Virus record (IMG/VR): IMGVR_UViG_3300027851_000011
Reading direction: 5' to 3' (one strand)
Source of the DNA: a virus
Lineage: Duplodnaviria; Heunggongvirae; Uroviricota; Caudoviricetes
Length of the DNA stretch: 13,519 bases
A program made the translations under genes and the position numbers. The notes beneath the pieces are model-generated. The model searched no databases and had not been told where the DNA came from. It saw only the letters and a list, made by a program, of their open reading frames with translations. Numbering within the stretch: position 1 is the stretch's first letter; each line of letters begins with the position of its first letter. Below, piece by piece: positions 6,962 to 13,519 of the stretch.

Positions 6962-7028
6962 TAGATCCACACCCCGTTCGCTGGCGGGTTCCCTTGCGGC
7001 CCAGGCCGCCGGCCAGAGACTCAAGCCC

Positions 7029-7379
7029 ATGCCTGCTGACGCCCCTGCCCTGGCTGCACGCCCATTGAAGATGACGCGCCGCAACCCGTTCGCGTCCGGG
7101 CCGGACACCAACCCGCTGATGATCGCCGACGCTGTGCAGCTCGTTCCAGTGCCGAGCGAACCGATCGAAACCCACGAGCAGCGCAAGCCGCGTCGCAGTT
7201 ATCTGGCGCCGTCTGGTGGCGGCGGCGGGCTCGACCTCTCCGAACTGTTCCGTGGCCTGAAGGGGAAGCGCAGCGCACCACACGAGAAGGCACCAGAGGA
7301 TGATGACGACGATGCCGGACAGGTCGCAGCAGTTCCAGCCGTGCCGTCGAGCGGTCCTCCACGGTATGGACGACGCTAA
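7029..7379 (+). CDS. Hypothetical low-complexity protein (116 aa); first gene of the rightward arm
   Basis: Track ORF 6957..7379 trimmed to CCC-ATG 7029, because the upstream part overlaps the repeat array; contains poly-Gly and poly-Asp stretches, likely disordered. Confidence 0.55.
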   Translation: MPADAPALAARPLKMTRRNPFASGPDTNPLMIADAVQLVPVPSEPIETHEQRKPRRSYLAPSGGGGGLDLSELFRGLKGKRSAPHEKAPEDDDDDAGQVAAVPAVPSSGPPRYGRR

Positions 7380-7459
7380 AAGAAAAGCGGGTTTTGAGTT
7401 AATAGGATAACATGCGCCTTCCCGTAAACGGAACGTGCGCCAACCAAAGCGAGAACGAG

Positions 7460-7939
7460 ATGACCGAGAAACCTGCTGCACCGACTGCCGTTCAACCTGC
7501 GGAACAAGCCGCTCCGACCAAGCCTGCTGTCGTAGTCGACGAGACCGGCGCTGCGCTGCGTGCACACGTCGAGAAGATGCAGAAGCGCATCGACATCGTG
7601 TCTGACATCTTCAAGGACAACAAGTTCTCACCACTGACGTCGAAAGCCTTCACGAAGTTCATCGTCGACCAGTACTGCGAGGTCTCGATGCGCTTCATCC
7701 TCATGGGCGTCGTCCGCGACGGTGACGAAGCCATGATGGATGAGAAGCTGCGCAAGCAGGGTTTCACCGTCGCTGGCGCACCGACAGACGCTCCAGCTAA
7801 AGAAAACGAAGCCAAAGGCTTCATCGCCCCGTCGATGCCCATGCCGCAAGAAAGCGGATCTGGCATACTCGACGAGAACCATCCACTCATCGCTCAAGCT
7901 CGCGAACTCGGGTTCGACCCGACCGTAGAGCCTGAGTAG
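7460..7939 (+). CDS. Hypothetical protein (159 aa from ATG 7460; alternative start 7412 gives 175 aa)
   Basis: Coding-type codon bias from 7460 with an A-rich leader AAAGCGAGAACGAG; codons from 7412 to 7459 look atypical, although AGGA precedes 7412. Confidence 0.75.
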   Translation: MTEKPAAPTAVQPAEQAAPTKPAVVVDETGAALRAHVEKMQKRIDIVSDIFKDNKFSPLTSKAFTKFIVDQYCEVSMRFILMGVVRDGDEAMMDEKLRKQGFTVAGAPTDAPAKENEAKGFIAPSMPMPQESGSGILDENHPLIAQARELGFDPTVEPE

Positions 7940-7966
7940 CACCCGTGAAAACGAAAACGAGACAAC

Positions 7967-9655
7967 ATGCTGCGATTCACTGCCAAGAACTTCGGGCGTC
8001 TTCGTGACGTCGAACTCCACGACGAGAACAACCTCTCAGTCTTCGTCGGCTACAACGAAGCCGGCAAGTCCTTCCTCTGCGACGCTCTGCGTGTTCTGCT
8101 CACTGGCCAAGCCAGAGGATGCAAGGGCAGTGAGCTGTCGCTGCTCACCTCGCATGGTGAATCTTCCTGGTCACTTCGCCTCGCAATCGAGGGCTTCAAC
8201 GTCAGCCGGACGCCCACCAGCGGCGACACGCTCAAGAGCATCGCTGCTCAGCTGAAGGTCCCGCCAGAGGTTCTCCCGCTGATGTTCAGCAGCGAGAGCT
8301 GCGGTGACGCGGGCTCGAAGGCCATGCGTGCCTTCCTCGACGGTGTCGCTGCTGTCGCCTTCGATCCGCTGATGCACTTCGCGCAGGATCTCGGCATCCG
8401 CTCCTGCATCGAGACAGCCAAGCGTGCGGGCAAGTCGTCGACCAAGCAGATCATCGACTTCTGCGAGACCACCCGCGCTGCATCCAAACAGCCTCCGACG
8501 CCGATCATTCCGAGTTGTGCTTCACCGACTGATGAAGCCATCAAGGAAGCACGCGAGATCGAGGAAGCTGCCGCTGCGGATCTGGCTGCGTTGAACAAGG
8601 AGATCAAGGAACTCGACGAAACCGCCAAGGGTCTCGCCGCTGTTCTCGTCTACCTGAACGCCAAGGCCGAGTACGAGAAGCTGGCCGCAGCAGCCAGCAT
8701 CGTCGACAAGCTGCCGAACCGCCGCGCCCTCCAGGCTCTGGCTGCCACCAAGCTCGATGCCTTCGATGGCTTCATCGCGCTGGTCGCACGCACGCAGATC
8801 AAGGGCTCCGACAAGATGGCCGAGCAGATCCTGGACTGCAAGACGCAGTTCTCGAACTGGATCGTCGACGCCCACAACCGGCTGCTGGCATGCCCTGAAC
8901 CTCCGTCTGCGCCTGCCGTCCCGGTGCTCGCCAAGGAAGGCGAGGCTGCCATGAACGATCTCAAGGCACTGCTCGGCGAGTTCACCGCTGAGGCCGTGAA
9001 GGGGCTGCTGCTCGGGACACACGACACCCGCGCAGAGCTGAACACCAAGGTCGTCGCGGCCAAGACCACGTTCGAAGCAGCCACCAAGCACCGCGAGCAG
9101 GTCAGCCGTGAACGCGGCGCCTGGGATGCGTACCAGAAGGCCATGCCCGAATACGAGCAGGCAAAGGCCAAGGCGCTGGCCGAGTGGCAGCGCTGGGACC
9201 TCGCTGCCAAGCACATCGCAGAAGCAGAAGCCGCGAACTCAGCCAAGACCGGCAACCAGTTCACCGAACTGGTGTCCGAGTTTGGCGCCAGCATCCTCAA
9301 CGGCCGGAAGCTCACGCTCGACCGTGACCGTGGCATCCTGCTGAACAACTCGTCGATCGACGTGAACATGAGCAAGTCCGAGCGCTGGCGCGTCGAGGTC
9401 TGCGTCATGGCCGCCATCGCGCGCACCGTCAACTCGCCGCTGCTCATCATCGACGCGGCCGACATTCTCGACGACCGCAACAAGAAGCTCTTCATCGACT
9501 GGGTGTTCAACAAGATCACCCCGTTCTTCAAGCACACCGTCATCACCAGCACCGTTCGTGGCCGGCTGGAAGATGAGAAGCCGTTCGACGGCATCGCTGC
9601 CACCAAGTTCATCATCCACCAAGGCGAGATTCAGAAGCTCGTCAAAACCGCCTAA
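7967..9655 (+). CDS. Rad50/SbcC/SMC-like ABC-type ATPase with coiled-coil insert (562 aa), degenerate C-terminal motifs
   Basis: N-terminal ...KNFGRLRDVEL and Walker A GYNEAGKS (8048-8071); long Ala/Glu/Lys heptad-rich middle; signature-position MSKSE (9368-9382); Walker B/D-loop region LLIIDAADILD (9440-9472). Confidence 0.85.
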   Translation: MLRFTAKNFGRLRDVELHDENNLSVFVGYNEAGKSFLCDALRVLLTGQARGCKGSELSLLTSHGESSWSLRLAIEGFNVSRTPTSGDTLKSIAAQLKVPPEVLPLMFSSESCGDAGSKAMRAFLDGVAAVAFDPLMHFAQDLGIRSCIETAKRAGKSSTKQIIDFCETTRAASKQPPTPIIPSCASPTDEAIKEAREIEEAAAADLAALNKEIKELDETAKGLAAVLVYLNAKAEYEKLAAAASIVDKLPNRRALQALAATKLDAFDGFIALVARTQIKGSDKMAEQILDCKTQFSNWIVDAHNRLLACPEPPSAPAVPVLAKEGEAAMNDLKALLGEFTAEAVKGLLLGTHDTRAELNTKVVAAKTTFEAATKHREQVSRERGAWDAYQKAMPEYEQAKAKALAEWQRWDLAAKHIAEAEAANSAKTGNQFTELVSEFGASILNGRKLTLDRDRGILLNNSSIDVNMSKSERWRVEVCVMAAIARTVNSPLLIIDAADILDDRNKKLFIDWVFNKITPFFKHTVITSTVRGRLEDEKPFDGIAATKFIIHQGEIQKLVKTA

Positions 9656-9664
9656 GGGCAACCC

Positions 9665-10897
9665 ATGCTGACCCGCTACCAGTTCGAAAAGATCAAGTCC
9701 ATCGTCGAGGGCTCCGAGCCACAGGGCGTGCTCGACAGCCTCGACCTCACCGGCGCTGCCGAGTCCGACATCGTCGCCGGCCTGACGGTCCTCGCCGGCC
9801 AGATCGCCGAGTTCGTCGACGTCAGCGAGAAGTACCGCCTCGCCGAGCCGACCTCGGCCATCGAGTTCGTGGTGACCGCTCTCGCGTCCACCGGCAAGCT
9901 CAAGCTCACGGCCTCGCTGCGTTCGTCGCTCGGCCTGCACGCCGTCCCGTCGGCGTGGCACAAGCCCAACCCGCCCACCAAGTACCCGGCGCTGATGACC
10001 CGGTGGCAGGAGGAAGCTGCGAAGATCAGCGAGATCGCGTCGAAGATCAACTTCCTCGGCCTCGGCGGCATCGAGAACTACCGCAGCGCGACCTTCGAGG
10101 CCCTCGGCCTCGGCGGCATCCTCGACATCTACGATCCGGCCTCAATCCCGGTCACGGACCCGACCATGGTCCTGTTCCGTGAGGGCGCGACCGAGAACCT
10201 GCTGGCTCTCCAGCCCGCGTGGTTCGACAGCGACTGCCAGCCGCTGGTGCGCCTCCCTGACGGCATCGAAGGCCGCAGCCTGGAGACGGCCAATGCCGAA
10301 GCTGACTGGCAGAAGCACCTCTCGCGCCGTGAGGCACAGCGCAAGGCGAACGAGGCCCGCCGCGCCAAGGAGATCGCGGCGATCCAGCAGGCGCGGGCCT
10401 ATGCCTTCGCCCAGTTCGAGAGCCAGCCCGGCTGGAAGGACTTCGTCGATGCGGCGCTGAACGCCGGCTTCGACGAGAGCTACAAGATCATCGTCGCCGA
10501 CGAGCCCGCCAACATCGTGACCGGCACCGACCGCAGCACGTGGCTGCCGGCCGAGTTCGTCAAGGCCATCGCCAAGCTGGAGGACGTCGTCAAGGGCACC
10601 ACCAACTGGGTGCAGCTCGGTGAGGACTTCATCTGTGCCAAGATCGCGGCGGCCCAGCCGACGTGGTTCAAGCAGGTGCAGGACGGCGGCTTCAAGATGC
10701 GCCCGCAGCCGCTGAAGGTCCGCGAGGGCTTCGATCGCAAGACGCGCTCGATCCATCTCGGCCTGCTGAAGCTGATCCGCAAGTTCGGCGCCGCTGACGT
10801 GCTGAAGCACCTCGTGTGGCTGAAGGACCAGCCGCTGGAGGCCGAGACTGAGGAAGAGAAGAACGAGGGCGCTGGCGACGACGCAGCGGCCAAGTAA
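9665..10897 (+). CDS. Hypothetical protein (410 aa)
   Basis: Strongly C3/G3-biased ORF, AAGGG before ATG, central helical charged segment, acidic C-terminus; no recognisable catalytic motif. Confidence 0.85.
   Translation: MLTRYQFEKIKSIVEGSEPQGVLDSLDLTGAAESDIVAGLTVLAGQIAEFVDVSEKYRLAEPTSAIEFVVTALASTGKLKLTASLRSSLGLHAVPSAWHKPNPPTKYPALMTRWQEEAAKISEIASKINFLGLGGIENYRSATFEALGLGGILDIYDPASIPVTDPTMVLFREGATENLLALQPAWFDSDCQPLVRLPDGIEGRSLETANAEADWQKHLSRREAQRKANEARRAKEIAAIQQARAYAFAQFESQPGWKDFVDAALNAGFDESYKIIVADEPANIVTGTDRSTWLPAEFVKAIAKLEDVVKGTTNWVQLGEDFICAKIAAAQPTWFKQVQDGGFKMRPQPLKVREGFDRKTRSIHLGLLKLIRKFGAADVLKHLVWLKDQPLEAETEEEKNEGAGDDAAAK
10054..10120 (+). repeat. Perfect 19-nt direct repeat CCTCGGCCTCGGCGGCATC (10054-10072 and 10102-10120)
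   Basis: 48-nt period, in frame; encodes LGLGGI twice. Confidence 0.9.
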
Positions 10898-10918
10898 TCT
10901 GAACTGACGGAACATCCC

Positions 10919-11185
10919 ATGTCCTTCTACACCGTTTCCAGCACAGACCCCAAGACGATGACCGCTGCGGCCATCGCCAAGGAGGTCGACGACATCAAGT
11001 CGGAGCTGGTCAAGATCGAAACGCAGATCGCGGAGAAGAAGGCGTGGGCCGTCGCAGATCGCCGTGAAGATGCAGAGCTTGCGGGGTGGTTGGCGAAGAG
11101 CCGCCACTTCCGCAAGATGCTGCTGTGCCGCTACATGGTCATCCGGCCGTTGTATCGTGCAAACAATCGCGCTGAAAAACACTAA
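10919..11185 (+). CDS. Hypothetical small coiled-coil protein (88 aa)
   Basis: GGAACATCCC-ATG start; heptad-like AIAKEVDDIKSELVKIETQIAEKK segment. Confidence 0.75.
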   Translation: MSFYTVSSTDPKTMTAAAIAKEVDDIKSELVKIETQIAEKKAWAVADRREDAELAGWLAKSRHFRKMLLCRYMVIRPLYRANNRAEKH

Positions 11186-11199
11186 CAAGAAAGAAAACG

Positions 11200-12447
11200 A
11201 TGAGCAAAGAGTTCCCGTTCCTCTATCTCAGAGGTGCGAAGGGAGAGCTGCGTCAGTGGCACGTCCGAACGGACGGCGCCAAGGTGATCACCTCCTATGG
11301 CATCAAGGACAAGAAGCAGACCGGCGACTGGTACACCGCGAAGGCCAAGAACCTCGGCCGCGCCAACCAGACCAACGCCATCACGCAGGCCGAGGCCGAA
11401 GCAGCCAGCCTGTTCCAGAAGAAGCTCGATGAGGGCTACGATCCTGATCCGGCCGTCGCGCTGGTGAAGGAAGTATTCTTGCCGATGCTGGCCAAGCGCG
11501 CCGACAAGGTGCTCAAGACCGGCAAGCTGAAGTGGCCCTGTTGGGGCCAGCGCAAGTACAACGGCATGCGCTGCATGGCACGACTCGTCACTGGCGCCAA
11601 AGGAGTGAAGCATGTCGAACTCTTCAGCCGCCTCGGTGAAGTTCTCAACGTCCCACATATCGCCGCTGATCTTCTTGCACTTGGCGACGCTGGTGATGTG
11701 TTTGACGGCGAGTTCTACATCCACGGCGTCCCGCTCCAGTCCATCGTCTCGCTCGTGAAGGACAACCGCCCCGAGTCGCAGGCGCTCCAGTACTACATCT
11801 ACGACATGCCGAAGTCGCGCGGCGACGTGACGGCACCGTGGGAGGACCGCTGGCGCGAAGTGCAGAGCCGCATGGTGAAGGCCGTGATGAATCTCGGCGG
11901 AGCCGTGCCGGCCACTGGCGTCGTTCCGTTCGGCAGCATCGCGGTCGCCAGCAGCCTCTGCCTTGCCGAAACTGTGCTGTTCAACGGCCCTGACGATCTC
12001 GACAAGTTCGAGAAGCAGGCCATCGGCGACGGCTTTGAGGGCGTCATGCTGCGCCCCAAGGGCGGCAAGTACAAGCTCAACGTCCGCAGCAGCGACCTTC
12101 TGAAGGTGAAGCGCTACAAGGACGGCGAGTTCGAGATCGTCGACGTGAAGTCGCGCTATGAGCCGAAGGTCGGCGCCGACATCGTCGACTGCTTCGTGAT
12201 GAAGAACGACCAGAGCGACGCGACCTTCAAGGCCGTGCCGATCGGGACGTTCATCTCGCGGCAGGACATGTGGGTCAACCGCGACACCTTCATCGGAAAG
12301 AACGCAACCATCCGCTACTTCGAACGCAGCGTCGATCTCATCCCCATCGGCAACCCGACGTGGCGCGGCATCCGCGATCCGCTCGACGCTGCCAACAAGG
12401 GCGAGGACGACGATGACGACAAGATGTGGACCAACGATGCCGAGTGA
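11200..12447 (+). CDS. lig: ATP-dependent DNA ligase, phage type, with WGR-like N-terminal domain (415 aa)
   Basis: Motif I RKYNGMR (Lys codon at 11554), III FDGEFY, IIIa YYIYDM, IV FEGVMLR, V LLKVK, then an OB-fold-like C-terminus. The first ~80 aa follow a WGR-like pattern (W.V..DG..V..SYG...A...FQKKLDEGY). Confidence 0.95.
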   Translation: MSKEFPFLYLRGAKGELRQWHVRTDGAKVITSYGIKDKKQTGDWYTAKAKNLGRANQTNAITQAEAEAASLFQKKLDEGYDPDPAVALVKEVFLPMLAKRADKVLKTGKLKWPCWGQRKYNGMRCMARLVTGAKGVKHVELFSRLGEVLNVPHIAADLLALGDAGDVFDGEFYIHGVPLQSIVSLVKDNRPESQALQYYIYDMPKSRGDVTAPWEDRWREVQSRMVKAVMNLGGAVPATGVVPFGSIAVASSLCLAETVLFNGPDDLDKFEKQAIGDGFEGVMLRPKGGKYKLNVRSSDLLKVKRYKDGEFEIVDVKSRYEPKVGADIVDCFVMKNDQSDATFKAVPIGTFISRQDMWVNRDTFIGKNATIRYFERSVDLIPIGNPTWRGIRDPLDAANKGEDDDDDKMWTNDAE

Positions 12448-12451
12448 AGCC

Positions 12452-12739
12452 ATGGCACTCACCACTGAACAGATCAAGGCTGTCGAGGCCCAGTGGCGCA
12501 CGCGCGCCAAGAGCCAGGGCTACAAGTACGGCAGCAAGACCTACACTCGTGCTGAGTGCGAGTTCTTCGTCGGCGCCATGGTCAGCTTCAAGGTTCTTGG
12601 TTACAAGAACTGGGGCTGGCCGTACTGGTGCATCTGTCTGATGAGCGGGCGCAACATCGCTTCCAAGGACGGCCCGCTCGCCCCTGAAGACGACACCAAC
12701 GTCAAACTCCCCACCACTGCTGAAGGAACCCCAGCTTGA
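12452..12739 (+). CDS. Hypothetical protein (95 aa, MALTTEQIKAVEAQW...)
   Basis: Track ORF 12413..12739 trimmed to GCC-ATG 12452, 4 nt after the ligase stop; its TGA overlaps the next TTG start. Confidence 0.75.
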   Translation: MALTTEQIKAVEAQWRTRAKSQGYKYGSKTYTRAECEFFVGAMVSFKVLGYKNWGWPYWCICLMSGRNIASKDGPLAPEDDTNVKLPTTAEGTPA

Positions 12740-13519
12740 AGAACATCATCTTCGCGCACAACAACTGTGCCGACGGCGCCGCTGCTGCCACTGCCATCTA
12801 CCTCTACCTCACCGGGCTGCACGGCAAGAACGATGTCTCCGTCCACTTCGTGAACTACGGCGACGGCAAGCACATGCTCGTCGACGTCACGGACGCCAAC
12901 GTCTACATCGTCGACTTCAGCTTCCCGCGTGACGACATCGTCAAGATGGCGGGGCTCGCGAGGCACATCACGGTCCTCGATCACCACAAGACAGCACTGG
13001 CAGACCTCGGCATCGACGTCAGCTGGAAGCCGTCGAACGTCGACATCACCTTCGACATGCAGCGCAGCGGCTGCATGCTGGCATGGGCCTGGACACAGGA
13101 ACAGCGAAAGGCAGCTGGGACCGCTGAACTGGCTGAAGTTCCGGCGCTCTATGCCTACGTCCAGGATCGGGACCTCTGGCAGTTCAAGCTGCCCTACAGC
13201 AAGGAAGTCAGCGCCTACATCGCCAACGGTGTGCAGGGCGTCGAGCGGTTCGAGCAGCTGCTCTACGAGTTCGCCACTGACATGCATCGCGTCATCAACA
13301 TCGGTACTGCACTTTACAACTACCAGCTCGACATCGCTCGCAAGGCACTGAAGAACGCAGTGCTGGTGAAGGCACAGGACGGAACGCCGTTCGTGCTCGT
13401 GAACGCAACCACGGTCATCAGCGAGACGTGTCACATGGCGCTTGAGCAGCGCCCCGAAGCAGCGTTCAGCTGCTCGTACTTCGACAACTACGTCGATGGC
13501 AAGCGCATCGTGAGCCTGC
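12736..13519 (+). CDS. DHH/DHHA1-family phosphoesterase, phage type, 3' end outside the window
   Basis: Manual translation from TTG 12736 (GAAGGAA 7 nt upstream; TTGA overlap): MKNIIFAHNNCADGAAAA...YIVDFSF...VLDHHKTA (DHH at 12979-12987)...FDMQRSGCMLAW...YVQDRDLWQFKLP...GKRIVSL. Missing from the ORF track. Confidence 0.92.
   Translation, partial: MKNIIFAHNNCADGAAAATAIYLYLTGLHGKNDVSVHFVNYGDGKHMLVDVTDANVYIVDFSFPRDDIVKMAGLARHITVLDHHKTALADLGIDVSWKPSNVDITFDMQRSGCMLAWAWTQEQRKAAGTAELAEVPALYAYVQDRDLWQFKLPYSKEVSAYIANGVQGVERFEQLLYEFATDMHRVINIGTALYNYQLDIARKALKNAVLVKAQDGTPFVLVNATTVISETCHMALEQRPEAAFSCSYFDNYVDGKRIVSL

Larger units (their letters stand above)
1..13519. mobile_element. Phage genome segment: leftward virion/tail module, central control region, rightward DNA-metabolism module
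   Basis: Densely packed co-oriented ORFs in two divergent arms; LamG-domain and tail-fibre-like proteins on one side; phage-type ATP-dependent ligase, Rad50-like ATPase and DHH phosphoesterase plus many unknown ORFs on the other; no housekeeping genes. Prophage versus free phage cannot be decided (no integrase or att site in the window). Confidence 0.85.

Noticed and set aside
6710-6963. CRISPR-like array
   Set aside because: Repeats are 8-11 nt, in mixed orientation and irregularly spaced, with no spacer structure and no cas genes.
6775-6972. 65-aa minus-strand ORF, with a perfect TAAGGAGGTG at 6935-6926
   Set aside because: Lies inside the repeat/palindrome region, has AT-rich atypical codons, and the nearest in-frame GTG is only ~3 nt after GGAGG.
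7377-7411. Intrinsic terminator or promoter in the AT-rich gap AAAAGAAAAGCGGGTTTTGAGTTAATAGGATAAC
   Set aside because: No GC stem before the T run; TAGGAT is -10-like but has no supporting -35.
12406-12423. DDDDDK at the ligase C-terminus, resembling an enterokinase/FLAG tag (synthetic origin)
   Set aside because: No DYK prefix and no vector sequence; other ORFs here also have acidic stretches, so a natural acidic tail is more likely.
8522-13434. Long - strand ORFs such as 8522..9214, 8650..9615, 9239..9961, 10142..11188, 11182..12510 and 12601..13434
   Set aside because: Antisense shadows of the ATPase, 410-aa, ligase and DHH genes.
1-13519. Alternative genetic code (stop reassignment)
   Set aside because: TAA, TAG and TGA all end well-formed genes, and recognisable proteins are uninterrupted under the standard code.

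Overview
GC-rich bacteriophage (or prophage) segment with two divergent gene arms. The leftward arm (6496 to the left edge) carries three small or unknown ORFs, two remotely paralogous virion/tail-fibre-like proteins (489 and 688 aa) and a LamG/concanavalin-A-like domain protein. That last gene starts at GTG 1688, runs off the window and is absent from the ORF track. The rightward arm (7029 to the right edge) carries several unknown ORFs, a Rad50/SbcC/SMC-like ATPase with degenerate catalytic motifs, an ATP-dependent DNA ligase with a WGR-like N-terminus, and a DHH/DHHA1 phosphoesterase (TTG start 12736, truncated, also absent from the track). The most striking element is the ~530-bp non-coding region between the arms (6497-7028). 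It holds a run of short hairpins, a 170-nt nested imperfect palindrome with perfect 18-bp outer arms, eight CCCACCTC-type repeats in both orientations and a 57-nt C-free tract. This fits an iteron-type origin and/or a structured RNA or switch. No rRNA, tRNA, CRISPR array, integrase or transposase was seen. Protein assignments come from motif recognition by eye; no database search was run.
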